Origin: Chiloscyllium plagiosum | Lineage: Eukaryota | DNA length: 60,401 nucleotides | NCBI RefSeq assembly: GCF_004010195.1 | Contig: NC_057759.1 | Span: 4,018,649 to 4,079,049, forward strand | Direction: 5' to 3' | Shown here: positions 35,935-48,979 of the stretch, in pieces | How the letters are laid out: every line of letters starts with the position of its first letter | Position numbering within the stretch: position 1 is the first letter of the stretch | Notes under the pieces: model-generated | Seen by the model: only the letters and a program-made list of their open reading frames with translations | The model's database searches: none | Told to the model about the DNA's origin: nothing | Made by a program: the position numbers and the translations under genes

Positions 35935-37632
35935 AAATAGGAATGTCAGGGGGTAGGATTGGGGGAAGAGGGCTGAGAGATAAATCGGAGCTGGGGGGGA
36001 AGGTTGTTTGGAAGGCGATAGATAGATGCAGATGGGTGCTGATGGTGATAGGTCATAGCAGAACGTGGAGTAGAGAGGTGGGAAGGACGATGGATAGGTA
36101 ACAGTTCAAGAGTATGGTACCAAGTTGGAAGGCTGGGTTTGGGATAGGGTGGAAGGAGAGATAAGGAAACTGGTGAAATAAATGTTGATGCTTTGTGGTT
36201 GGAGGATCCAAAGGCGCAAGATGAGGGGTTGTTCCTCCAGGCGTTGGAAGGCTAGAATTTGGTGGTGAAGGAGGAACAGGGCTTGGATATCCTTGGCGGA
36301 GTGGGAGGGGCAGTTGAAGCGGTCGGCTACAGGGCAGTGGGTTTATTTTGTGCGTGTGTCGCAGAGATGTTCTATCAAACATTCAGCGAGTTGGCATCCT
36401 GTGTCCCCAATGTAGAGGAGATCACATTGACTGCAACGGTCAGAGTAGATGAGGTGTTTGGATGTGAAGGGAAATCTCTGCCAGATGTGGAAGGATAATT
36501 TATGGCCTTGTATGGAGATGAGGGGAGATGTGTAGGCGCAGGAATTACACCTCTTGCAGTGGCAAAAGATGGTGCTGGGAGTGATGGTGTTTTGGTGGGG
36601 GGCTGGACCTATTGAGAGAGTCGTAGAGGGAATGGTCTGTGCAGGATGCTGAAAGGTGTGGGGCGGGAAATATATCTCTGGTGGTGGGGTCTGACTGTAG
36701 CTGGAGGAAATGATGGAGGACAGTGCGCTGTATCCAGAGATTAGTGGGGTAGAAGGGAAAGACCAAGGGGGTTTAACCTGGTTGCGGTTGGAGAGGTGGA
36801 GTTCATGGGCAAAAGTGTGGGCAGTGGAGGAGATGTGCTGGAGGGCACTGTTGAATACTTGCATTATGAAATTGTAGTTCTTGAAATAGAAGGCATTCTG
36901 TGATGCCCTGGAGAGGAATTGATCCTCCTGGGAGGAGATGCGGCTGAGGTGAAGGATTTAGGAGTGAGGGATAGCGTTTTTAAAAGACTTTTGGGGTAGG
37001 AATTAGTTTGGCATGATGTGTATTGCAGTTAGCTGTGGGAGTTGTTGGATTTGAATTAGATATCCGTGTTGAATGGGTCCCTGAAAATGAACACAGAATG
37101 GTCCAGAAAGGGGACGGAGGTGTCCAAGATGATCCAGGTGAACTTGAGGTCACAGTGGTGATGTTTGTGATTTTGATGAACTGTTCAACCTCATCAGCTG
37201 AAGGAAGAACGCCTCATTTTTGCCTTGGAACTCTCCAACACCACGGCATCAACGTCGCTTTCACCAATTCCCTCATCTCCCCCAACCCTACCTCATGCCA
37301 AACCCAACCTACCAATTCGGCACTGCCCACTTGACCTGTCCTGCCTGTCTATCTTCCATCCCAATTATCCACTCCATCCTCCCCTCAGACCTATCACCAT
37401 TATCCCCCACTGCATCTACCTATTGCCTTCCCAGCTATCTTTATTCCAGGCCTACACCGCCTCCTATTTATCTCTCACTTTCCTTCTCTCCCAACCCCAC
37501 ATTCCTGATGAAAGATTTCTGCCCGAAATGTCGATTTCCCGCTGCTCAGATGCTGCCTGACCTGCTGCCCCTTTCCAGAGCCACACGTTTCGCTTCTGAT
37601 GCTCACCATCTGCAATCCTCACTTTCTCCCCT
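35935..37632 (-). mobile_element. Penelope-like element, RT C-terminus plus GIY-YIG, with an inverted plus-strand 3' copy (37195-37632)
   Basis: Minus ORF 'TSKHLIYSDRCSQCDLLYIGDTGCQLAECLIEHL'. The plus strand gives 'HFCLGTLQHHGINVAF', followed by a degenerate hammerhead 'cctgatgaaagatttctgcccgaaatgtc' at 37504. Confidence 0.88.
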
Positions 37633-38086
37633 TACAAATTACTCTGGCCAGTTCCTCTCTCATGTTCATGTAGTTACGTTACTCAATTATAATCGTGTCT
37701 CGTCCAAACGTTAGCAATAGTTGCAATTGAAAGAGGAAGGGTTCAGAGATGGGTCACGGAGAACGATTTATTAATTAGATGCAAAGAGAGAGTAAGAGAA
37801 TATAGATGAGAAAACTCATAAGATAGCCAAAGCTAGATGATCAAGAGAAATAAATGTACTTTCGTATTTGTTTTGGCAATTCTCATATGCTATGATTTTT
37901 TTTAGTGTATACCACATAGTAACATGTTCAAATGCTGTGTCTGATGACAGAAATTTTATCTCCAATAACCCACAACAGTTTTTGACAGATTTGACAGAAC
38001 GCAGCCAGCCAGTATATTTATTTCCCGGTAGGAAGTGCATTAATTGAAATAAAATGGGATACTAGAAGCAGACATTTGTAACTCAC

Positions 38087-38443
38087 CTCGTGATAAAAAT
38101 GAGACTAGAGTACGGAATCGCTGAAAGCGGACGTTAAGCAGTGTATGTTAAACCATTTTCCTCCATTCTATTTGAAATTGCCTTTTTTTTACGTTGTCAC
38201 TCGCCATTCCTCATTTCAATATGTTCTGTTTCTTTCTCGATATTTTACTCTTTTTTTCTCTCTATCAAGAAGATATTGGTGACTGGGGATATCACTTTAC
38301 TACCCTCCAGTCTCCACAGCCACTGTCTCCGATTCATTTCTGTTTCTTACCAATGGCTCGTACATCGTGTCTCTGATTGTTTAAACACAACCAAGAAGAC
38401 AATTATAACTAAACCTTTTTCTTTTGGGGTAAGACCAGAAAAT
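38087..38443 (-). pseudogene. Possible decayed Ig V-type exon
   Basis: 357 bp between acceptor 'ttttctttattcag' and donor 'gag|gtgagt'. Fragments 'QWLWR', 'KYRER' and 'ISNRMEENGLTY(T)C' are spread over frames with stops. Confidence 0.35.
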
Positions 38444-39764
38444 CTGAATAAAGAAAAGGCATATATGTGTGCAATTAGATGTTTGCAGTTTTGGAAACAC
38501 ATCACTGATCTGCATTGTTTTCAAGTAAGAATGTTGCCTTATTAAAGCAATGAGAGGGAAGTTCAGAAAAGAAATCCTCATTTCCTCTGTGTGTGTGTTC
38601 AGGGCAGTTGTGACCAGAGGCAGTTTTTTTATAGAATAGCAGTTGTTGTGGTGGAGGAATTTCCAGTGTAACAACCCCTCTAATAGATCCTATGAACGCA
38701 GTTACTTAGATCATTATATGTGGATAACACAGCAAAGTAATCGAGCCTGTGAAGAGAAAGCATCACCTTTTGCCTTTACCTCTAACATTGTTCGAATAAT
38801 TGGAGATGGGCGATAAGACCAAAGCAGATGCTGTCAACATCCCAACCAGACCAGGTATCGTGGATATATTAGAAGTGTTGTAATGAAAGTGGTTTACTCG
38901 AGCTGTGCGTTCAATTTCTTTGACTGATGTCTGTCTACATGGATCAGAACTGTGTCATTGGACGGTTTCCCTCTTCTCCTCGTAACGGGCTTTCTTTAAT
39001 GTGTTATCCCACTGTATCAGCGGCAGTACCATCCTCAATATGATTGGGATGAGCGACTCCAGAGGGAGGGAAAGATTGGAATTTGAGAAGTTTAGACTGG
39101 AATGTTCCAGGAATGGATCCAAATCTGAAAACAATGGACTGGAATGTTAGAAAAATAAACAGGAGTTTATCCTGCGGTAATCAGTATCTTTCTAAGACTT
39201 GGGCATCGTTTACATTGCGAATAAGATGTGTACTGATGATTATTCACGCAGTTTACGACCGCATCCTCGCTATTGATGGTGCCCCCTGCTAAGTCTATCT
39301 CTGTCAATTTATTAATTCTATAAAACATTCTGCATGCCATCCCTAATCCTGTCGTCTATATTTGACAAAGATGTAAACTGTTGCATTCACGTTCAATCAG
39401 AAACTCCATTTGTAGTCCATGAATTTCTTACCCTTCACTGACAAACATTAAAGAGAAACAAACGTTTCTACAACCACCATGGCCAATTTTGTCTTGAACA
39501 GATTTGCATCTTACTCTTCCTTCTGTCACCGAATGTATCCACTACCACTACCACAATAGCCCCAGTCTTCACTTCTGACTCAATGGTGTTCCTGAATAAA
39601 CCATCATCTACACCTTTCCGGTTGCAGATCTCTTCTGGTTATCTTTCGAGTTGCATATATTTTGATTCTAAAAATATTACTTTCTCTCGCTATGCCAGGG
39701 ATCTATGCCAGGTGCAAAGTATGAAGCCAGTTTGATTCATAATGAGGCGGTCACAGCTTCAAAA

Positions 39765-40930
39765 CATGGGACATTACAGTGCAGAATAGACTCTTTGGCC
39801 CTCGATGTTGTGACGAGCTGTGAAACCAATACAAAGCCCATCTAACCTTCATATTCCATTTTCATCCACATGTCTATCTAATGACCATTTAAATGCCATT
39901 AAAGGTGGCGAATTTGCTACTGTTGCAGGCAAAAGGGTGTTGTCCACACCCTTAATACTCTCTGAGTAGAGACACCATCTTACGTCTACCCTATATCTAT
40001 CAACACTCAATTTAAAGTTATGCCCCCTCGTGAAAGCCATCACCTTCTGAGGAAAATGGATCTAAATGTAAACGCTGTGTAACCCTCTGATTATATGTCT
40101 CAGTTGCCCCTTAGTCACCTCTCAACCTTGTTATCTCTAACGAAAACAGCCTCATGTCCCTCAGCCTTTCTTCATAAGACCTTCCCTCCATACCAGGCAG
40201 CATCCTAGTAACTTCCAGTCGTTGGCAGATAGGATTTAGGAAATCCATAAGGCTTACTGCAGGCATATCAGGAATAAAAGAATGACTGGTGGAAGATTAG
40301 AGCCAATCAAGAATAGTAGTGGGAAGTTGTGCATGGAGTCAAAGGAGATAGGGTAAATGTTAAATACATATTTTTCTTGAGTATTAACATTACAAAAAGA
40401 TAACATTTTCGAGAAGAATTCTGAGACAGAGGCTACTAGTCTAGATGGGATTGTGGTTCACAGGGAGGAGGTGGTAGCAATTTTGCAAAGTATAAAAATA
40501 GGTAAGTCCCCAGGTTGGATGGAATTTATCCTAGATTTCTCAGAGAAGGCAAGGAGGTTGCTGAGCCTTTGGCTTTGATCTTTATGTCGTCATTGTCTGG
40601 AATAGTGCCAGATGTCTGAGTCTTTTCCCTGCGGTTGGGGAATCCAGAACTAGAGGCCATAGGTATCAAAGATATAAAAGAGACCTAAGGGGCAACTTGT
40701 TCACACAGAGGGTGGTACGTGTATGGAATAAGTTGCCAGAGGAAGTGGTGGAGACATGTACAATTGCAACATTTAAAGGGGATTTGGATGGGTATATAAA
40801 TGGGAAGAGTTTGGTGGGATATGGGCCGGGTGATGGCAGGTGGGACTAGACTGGGTTGGGATATCTGGTTGGCATGGACGGGTTGGACCATAGGGTCTGT
40901 TTTCATGCTGTACATCTCTATGACTCTATT
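39765..40930. mobile_element. CR1 LINE mosaic: minus-strand 3' end (39765-40210) joined to plus-strand fragments (40215-40930)
   Basis: Minus 'TRGHNFKLSVDRYRVDVR'; plus 'ggtaagtccccagg..ggatggaatttatcctag' and tail 'gctgtacatctctatgactcta'. Confidence 0.85.
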
Positions 40931-41279
40931 ACTGCACTTATGATCCTCAACTGCCACTGACTGTTAGGAGCCTCCTATCCATATGACTGCTCCTTTTGAA
41001 AGTACTTCCATGATAGACCCCTCCTTACTGCAGTATCTATTTCCATAACTAATAATGCGACGCCACCTTTGCGTTTGTACTCTCCTCTGCCTTGGCTGGT
41101 GACCCCGTATGCTGGAGTGTAAACTTTCCAGGGGCGTCATTTCATCAAGCAGTTCCCTGTGTCAATCTATGCTCAACCAATCTGTTTTAGCTCTGCTATT
41201 TTTTCCATCCATCCACGTCCTTGTCACTAGAGACATGACACAGCTGAACTCCCTTTGCCTTGGTTTGTTTACCAATTTA

Positions 41280-41530
41280 TGCTGTGCTTCTATTGAGCTA
41301 ATTCTGTTTGACCTCTGCTGAAACAAGTGTAACTCCACGCAGCAGCACATGTCCTATCTGATGATTGATCACATATGGATTTTCTGGTAATGATGCATGT
41401 GTGCGTGGAGAGACCCCATGTTCGCCAGAAATGATGCATATGGTTCAGAATCAAACGCTCACAATTCCTGGGCCAGTCGTCCATCTGCTGTATCCTCCTA
41501 TTTCTGTGCTCATTATCCCATAGCATTGTG
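41280..41530 (-). mobile_element. CR1 ORF1 (SGNH esterase-like) remnant
   Basis: 'RNRRIQQMDDWPRNCE...NHMHHFWRTWGL' resembles the CR1 ORF1 'RNRRI.Q.N.WL..WC....F.FLDHW..FW' pattern. Confidence 0.5.
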
Positions 41531-41974
41531 TATAAGCTTGAGATTATAACCTTTAAAATCTTACTTATTAATATTTTAGCTACTCGTACTGGTTATACAA
41601 GGCCTTATCCCTATTACTAGCTATGTCACTAATACTAATGCGTGCCATGGCCTCTGCCTTATTACTGTTTCTCTTCAGGATGCAATGCAACCAGCCAGTA
41701 GCATCGGGGAGACAACACATTACCTTGGAAACACGTCAGCGGCCACGGAAGCGCCGACCTATTCCTTTAACTGATGAATCACGTATCACTGTTTCATCTT
41801 TCATGTTTCCTTCCTCCAGTAAAACCAGCCCGTTTTGGATGCCAGAAGAAAAGTCCTCTCTGCATTTTCTAGACGTGCCAACCCACTCCCAAATTCCAGA
41901 CAGAAAACCAACTTGTGAGTGGAGCCATAGGAGCCTTCTGCACTGTATGCCTGGTGATTAGCCTTTTTTATTTG

Positions 41975-43330
41975 TTCATTTTGTACGAAGTGGGGGTCAC
42001 TGGCTGGCAAGCATTTATTGCCCGTCCATCGTTACCCATGAGAAGGTGTGGTGAGCTACCTTCTTAAACTTCTGTCGTCCACCGGCAGAAGATTATCCCA
42101 AAAATGCCATTAGAGTGAGAGAATTCCAGGATTTTGTTCCAGTGACAGTAAAGGAACGTTGGTATGCTTGCAACTCAGAATGGTGAGTGACTTTAAGGGA
42201 ACCTTGAAGGTGATCGTGTTCGGAAATATTTGCTGCTCTTATCCTTCTAGGTGGAAGTGGCCGTGAGTTTGGAAGGTGCTGTCTGACGATGTTAAGTGAA
42301 TTTCTGCAGTGCATCTTGTAGATCATTTCTCTTGCTTATACTGAGTACTGGATTTGGAGGGAGTGGCTACTTACGGACGCAGTGCCAATCAAGGAGGCTG
42401 CTTTGTCCTGGCTGGTTTCAAGCTTCTTGAATGTTGTTGGGGGTGCACTCATCCAGGCAAGTGGAAAGTATGACATCACACTCCTGACGTGTGCCTTGCA
42501 GATGGTGTAAAGGTCGAGGAGTCTGGAGGCGAGTTAGGCCGCAGTATTCATTGCCTCTGATCTGGTCTTGTAGCCACTGCGTTTATGTGGTGAGCCCAGT
42601 TGAGTTTCTAATTAATGATATCTCCAGGATGTTCGGAATGGGGGATTCATTGATGGCAACTCTATTGAGTGTCAAGAGGCTATATTTGGTGCAAATGCCA
42701 GTTACCAATCCAAGTCTTGATATTGTCCAGATCTTGTTGCATTTGGACACGGACTTCTTCAGTGTCGGAGGAGTCTAGAATTGTGTGGGAGCATTGTGCA
42801 ATCATCAATGAGCATCGCCACTTCTGACCTTAAAATGGATGGAAGGTCACTGATGACGCAGCTGATGGTTGGGCCGAGGACCCTAACCTAAGGAACCCCT
42901 GCAGAGAAGCTGAGTTGACTGACCTCCAGCAAACATGACGACCGTCTGATGTGGCAGGTATGACTCTAAACACTGGAAAGTTTGCCTCATGATAAGCATT
43001 ATTTCCAGCTTTGCTCGGCTTCATTGATGGGCCACTGGATTGAATGCAGCCTGGATGCCAAGGGGCGTCACTCTCATCTCACCTGTGGTCGTCAGTTCTT
43101 TCGTCCATGTTTGGACCAAGTCTGTAATGATGCCAGAAGCTGAGTGGCCCTGGCGGAACCCTAACTGAGCAGGTTATTGCTGAGCGGGTGCTACTTGATA
43201 GCTCTGTTGACAACTTTCATCATTTAACTGATGATCGAGAGTAGACTGCTGAGGCATTAATTAGCCAGTTTTACGTACAGGACATACTTGGACAATTTCC
43301 CACATTGTCCGGTAGATGGAACAGTTTTCT
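41975..43330 (-). mobile_element. Old LINE (CR1/L2 group) RT and 3' end
   Basis: Reverse complement gives 'GVP.G.VLGP...S....DLPSI' (42840-42900) and 'TVTGTKSWNSL'. Confidence 0.75.
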
Positions 43331-43557
43331 TGGGAGAGGGTCAGGTTCTGGAACACAAATCTAACCATCCCTTTATCTGTGGTGTGACAACTTAAGGTAA
43401 TTTCAAACTTTATTTAACAGACACATTCTTTCTTATAAGAGCATGTCACGAAGCGTCTCTACAACTTTCACATACAGATCATTGGCGTCAGTTGGATCTG
43501 ATCAGCAACCGCACCACGGATGTGTCTTGCTGAACAGCAGTCTCTATACTTTAATCT

Positions 43558-43790
43558 AAGTTAAAAAGCACACAGCAACAGATTATTGTCCAACAGGTTT
43601 ATTTGGAAGCACTAGCTTTCTGAGCATTGCTCCTTCATCAGGTAGTTGTGGGGCAAACCCACTACCATCTGATGAAGGAGCAGCACTCAAGAAGCTAGTG
43701 CTTTCAAATAAACCTGTTGGACTATAACGTGGTGTTGTTTGATTTTTAACTTTGCACACCTCAGACTAATACCAGCACTTCCAATTCATA
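43558..43790. mobile_element. Palindromic mini-element made of two inverted PLE termini
   Basis: 43558-43645 is the imperfect reverse complement of 43665-43753, followed by the PLE tail 'tttgcacacctcagactaataccagcacttcc'. Confidence 0.88.
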
Positions 43791-44602
43791 CTTAATTCCA
43801 GCACACCATTGAATGGATTTCTAATCATGACCTGTGTGCAACCAGTTGAAAGTGCAAGATTTATTTTGTCCTTTCAAAGCAGCAATCTTATTTATGACGC
43901 AACGTCAAACATGATTCCAAAGCAAGAAAATGTTCTTCATCTCGATTTTTACGATCCTGTCAGGCATTATTAAGTACAGTGCAGAACGAAATAGAAAATA
44001 CTGAGAGACACTCATTCGAAAACCACATTCTCAAGAAATCGGATTCAATCTTGAGTTAAAAAGTGAAAAAAAATCTCTTTTCCCACGGAGTAGCTATTTG
44101 CTGCTTATAAACCCCAGTGGGAAATCTTAATAAAGCAATTGGCAAACTCCTGCGCTTGCAATGGACAGGGCAAATGATTTTGACGGAATGGCTAAACACA
44201 TCAAACAAAGAAAGTGCCTTTCCTGCACTCACAGAAAGTCTTTATGAAGGTTCCAATACATTACTATCGCAAACAGACAGATGCTACTGTCAGGACACTG
44301 TATGTTTCTATCTCGCCTTCTATCAGAATTAATAATGCATCTGGAAATTATTGGCAGCTTTATATGTACAAAGTCTTCCGAATCAGCGGCAAATTGATGC
44401 TGGAAACACCAATTGCAAAAGATTTATTACTTATGACTCCAACAAAACGCATGTGGAACAATATCTTGACTAAATATGCAAGAAAAACTGCAAGTGTATC
44501 CAAATTGTGGCTCAGGGAACTATTTGATGTCAATGAGAGCTGGACAACATACACCAAACATATTGTTCGTGGTCCGTCATAATACGCCACATATCTGGTT
44601 AA

Positions 44603-44658
44603 AGTTAAAAATCACACACCAGGTTATAGTCCAACAGGTTTAATTGGAAGCACACTAA
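44603..44658 (-). mobile_element. 56-bp PLE terminal fragment with an 8-bp TSD
   Basis: 'agttaaaaatcacacaccaggttatagtccaacaggtttaattggaagcacacta' flanked by 'ctggttaa' (44595-44602, 44659-44666). Confidence 0.85.
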
Positions 44659-45762
44659 CTGGTTAAGACAGTGTCACCGTCTAAGAGTTCTAGTAGTGTG
44701 CTAATTCATTCTCGATGCAATTAGTCCAAGTCCACGAAGCAATTCTGCCTGCAGTCTCTGCCCCAGATGAATAATTGCATTGCATGCAATCAATTTCTAA
44801 TTGGTAAACTAGAAATTGTTTCGAGACCTTGAGAGCAACTTTTTTATTTTGAAAAGGGCACCTGCGAGTACCATATGAAAAGATCAGAGATGATGAACAA
44901 TTTGGAGTATCACTCATTTCTGCAATTATGGAGAAGAAGCTGTTTGGAGCAGCATAAGACGGTGCAGAAATGACGAACTTAATCATCAAGATGATACTGC
45001 ACCTTGTCGGTCCACTGCCTTCTTCTGCATCACATGTGGCGCCAGAGTCTTCAAAATGAGTGGGTGAAAGTGAACACACAGTTGAAAAGCTTAATCCTTG
45101 GCATTTCCGGACAGAAAGCCGTCATTGAATAATTTTCTATCTTCAAACATATTTCCCATTGACGTGTTCAGTTATAACATCGCACTTCAGGACCAGGTGG
45201 GACCTGAACCCAGGCTGTCCTAGTACTCCGATAAAGACACTACCAGTGCAACACAAGAACCTACAGCATTTGATTTTTAGACTGGGCATACTAACTGATT
45301 TATCTTTAATACGACACTGCCAGTTCTTAATTATCCAACTTAGGGTGTCCGTGCCAGATATTTTATGTATTTGTTTGTTTTTAAGTAGCCTGTTTCCTGT
45401 TCCCGTATCATCACTTTACCTGTTGTATTTTCTTCTTTGCATCGTTGTTCAGCCTCATTTATTTGACTGCTTAAACATTCCATAATAAAACTTATATTTT
45501 AGCTTTTCTGCCGTTTATAATTGTTTCTATTCACATAATCATCAGTGGAATCTTTGTTTTTCATCGCTCGTTGGAATGACTCTGGCATCTGCAGAGGTAC
45601 TTCCTGTTTAATGCAGTTCATTATTCTGCTCCAGTTTTAATATCAAGTTTTTGTTCGACTTATCATGTCAGCATCTTTAAGACGGGAAGTTGTAAGTGCT
45701 GCATTAATATTTTCCTTCTTAATTTTACTGTACAATAAGTTTCACTCGCAGCATATATATAT

Positions 45763-45764
<2 letters not shown>

Positions 45765-45796
<32 letters not shown>

Positions 45797-45813
45797 GGAG
45801 AGAGAGAGAGAGA
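45765..45813. repeat. (CA)n(GA)n compound microsatellite
   Basis: Direct reading. Confidence 0.95.
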
Positions 45814-46797
45814 CTTCGCATTACCGGTGCACGTCATTGAATAGGAATATTGTCAGGACTCCAACAGTTTTAATTGGACAGAACCTAATGGTCAAGGATG
45901 TCTTATTGACAAAATTTTACAATTGCGTACTCAGCATTACTGATTTTAATAATTCAATACAGTACCATAATTGAATACTTGAAACGTCCTGGTAAATCTA
46001 CACGATATCTATCATGTATGTCAGTGAATTCATTCCACATACCCATACGTAGACTGGCCCTTTCCCTCTCTACCTCTTCACCTTCTGTTACTGTTATGGA
46101 CCAGGTCCAGGTCCCCTCAAAATATGTTAAGAAGGTCGCGCAGACCTTAACTCTATTTTTTTTAAAAGGCAGGTAAAGAGCTGATATACACCTGGTCAAA
46201 CCAGTCAACTTTAAACAAAGCCGAACTTGGTTAAACACTACTGATGAAACAAGAACCAAAAGAAGATAATTTAGTATAACTTATTTGAAAACCCAACCGT
46301 CTGTATTGCAACTGAATAAAACTTTTCCAATCTTTGCAACATCGTGCAAACATCTCCCTGGTATAATGTAAATTCAAACACAGGTTATTACAGACAGGAC
46401 AGTTTTCAGAGAAAGAAGTGCAGACAAAGGTAAAGAAGGGGAATGAGACAGTGTGAGATTGGCCATGGCATGAACCATAGCATGAATTCATTGAGTAAGA
46501 GGAGATGGTGCAATATCTGTGATTGTCAGTGTGAATTTCTAAATACATTATTGGCATTTTTTATTGCGTATGAGTTTGAAGCAATATTGAATTTCAACGG
46601 CTGAATATTTTTCGAATCAGATCAACCATGATACAAATGGACCACAAAACAGACTGGGCGGGCTTATTGGCACTGGCATTTGTTATCTGATACTACATTT
46701 CAATGGATTTCCAAAAACGCATGACTCTAACGAAACAGGTCCCCACACAGCACTAACAGTAGAGATTCGGACCATTGAGATGATGCATGAGCAAGTT

Positions 46798-47600
46798 CTA
46801 TAAAGAAGAGAATATCTTCAGTTGTTTTGTGAAGTTTACCATCAGGCTCCTTAGATATTCGAGGGCACTCTTCAACTCTGCTCTGAATTTACTCTGAGTT
46901 CCAGCATAAATAAATGGGTTGATAAAAGAACTCAAAAGCTGAAGCATGATTCCGATTTCTTCCAGAATAAAGTTTGATTCGTTGGAATTGTTTCCGGAAA
47001 AATAACTGACTCTCGCAATCCTGACGTACAGGAAAGTTATGAGAACCCAAATCCATAAGAGTATGAAGTTCCCTGAGATGGCGAAGAGTAAAGCAATAGA
47101 CTTTCTGCGGTTCTCCATCTCAGGGTCACACTTACCTCCATTGCTCTGGTTCCGTAGTCTCCTGCGAGCTTGACTGGCCGCTAGAATGTGTCTGACAGTC
47201 CGAGCATTGAGCAGCAGAATCAGCGTGAATGCAAGACAAGGCGTTAAAATACGAAGAACCAGGTCATATGCTACCAAGCTGATGACGTATAAAATATGAT
47301 TTTNNNNNNNNNNNNNNTCATCTTCTGGCAACAAATAGCTATAAATCGATCAAAAGTGAAAGCCACTGTTCGCCAGGCGGAGCTGCCTAATCCTACAATG
47401 TTTAAGACAGCACGGAAACTGCATAACGATGTAATAGAAAGGAAACTGACTGGGAAGTAAATACCACAAATCCTGTTTAATACCACGGCGGCAAAAATGA
47501 CAAGAAGATCGGATACTGCCATCGATGTCAGGTACCGAGTGACACATCTGGAGAGACCGCATCTTCCTTGGGACAGAACCGCAATGGCCACCATATTCAC
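46798..47600 (-). pseudogene. GPR139/GPR142-like rhodopsin-class GPCR, exon 2 (TM1 end to C-terminus), disabled
   Basis: 'VNMVAIAVLSQGRCGLSRCVTRYLTSMAVSDLLV', 'SAWRTVAFTFDRFIAICC', 'ILLLNARTVRHIL', 'DPEMENRRKSI.LLFAIS', 'LQLLSSFINPFIYAGTQSKFRAEL'. Frameshift at ~47274; the TM4/ECL2 region is absent at the 14-N gap. Confidence 0.88.
47304..47317. other. Assembly gap (14 N) inside the GPCR exon
   Basis: Run of N. Confidence 1.
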
Positions 47601-48069
47601 CCTAACATACACACAAAGAGTGAAAAGGGTGAGCATACAGAAAAAGAGGGAAAGTGTATCGCCGTGCTTTGCTGGGGATTGATGTGATGGGGTCAGGAGA
47701 ACTGCTGGTTGGGATAGCAAATAAAAAGCTACGTATTCAAAAGACAATCAGACTTTATGTAGTTTTCTTAATATCAATCTCCAATACTCATTTGAAAACC
47801 ATCACTTTCCTAAACTGTGCGGTTTCTTTGCTGACTCTATGCCTGCTCATTAATCCTTGGCATGCCGATCTGAGTTAGTGACATGAAACTTTATAAGAAT
47901 GATGAATTAACATATTTTTGTAGAAATATAACAAAAAAACATGAGAATTCCTTTTCCATTGCATTCCGCAATGAGACCAAAACACCCTACTCCCAGTCCT
48001 GAAGGCAAACTTGTTAACCTTTGAACAGGTGGCAATGAACCTGTTCAAAATGTATTCAGAGATTTTTTA

Positions 48070-48228
48070 AAAAAAATGCAGATGCTGGAATGTAAGGTAG
48101 ACAAGCAAGAGCTGGAAGAACTCTGCAGGCCAGGCAGCATCAGGCGGTGGAGGAGTGACGTTCGGTTGAAACCCTTCTTTAGAACTATCCCGAAGAAGGA
48201 TTACACCCGAAACGTTGACTTCTCCCCC
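48070..48228. mobile_element. PLE-derived short element with head-to-head hammerhead-like motifs, in the GPCR intron
   Basis: 'gacgttcggttgaaacccttctttag' faces 'ccgaagaaggattacacccgaaacgttgacttctcc'. Confidence 0.65.
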
Positions 48229-48979
48229 GAAAATGTATTCAAGCAGACAAAAGCTTTATGTGAAATGTGGCTGTCACCATTGTTAAGTCTCCATGATTAT
48301 TCCTGGAGCATAGTTGGGAAGTCACGTGCTCTACTTGGTGCAGAGCTGAACCGCGGGAGGTGGCAGAATTTTAGGTCTGAATCGTGGAGAGTAATTTCCT
48401 CATCTACTGACTAGCAGCAGAAACACTGCCGCTAAGCATGATAATGTCGCTTTAAAAAGATTAAACTTTAAATTTCGTGGCGCAACACGTGAATTCAATA
48501 ATTTCAATAGGGAGGTACGTTCAAAACAGTCGTTAACGCATAAATAACAAAGGATCGTCACTTTTACGTTGATACCGAGATAAAAAAACTCCTCATTCTA
48601 AATGGGCAATAAACAATAAAACAGTAAAAAAGATGTGCTGGCAATTCATAAGCAAATGTGCAATTTGTGGAATTCAATGCGATTAAACAAGAGCAGACAA
48701 TGCCATTAATGTAAACAACTTATTTATGTGAAGAAACCATGTACAGAAGAGTTGACGTCATTCATGTAACACTAACAAGAAAACAAAACTGGAAACCTAT
48801 ACATTTAAAGCAGTAAAACCTGATGCAGAAATAGTGGGATGTACGTCAACTTAAAGATGAGGACGTGACAGCTTTTCTTTTAACAGACTAGCTGTTGCTT
48901 TAAAATGAAACAAGCTTATGCGGCAGTGAGTCAGTAAACCTGTGATTACCGCAAACAGTGACCAACAGCTTTGATTTAT

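Noticed and set aside
38780..39060. Another possible minus-strand exon (donor 'gag|gtaaag')
   Set aside because: All frames have stops and show no recognisable domain motif.
44117..45079. Short ORFs suggesting a decayed transposase or gene
   Set aside because: No diagnostic motif I can name.
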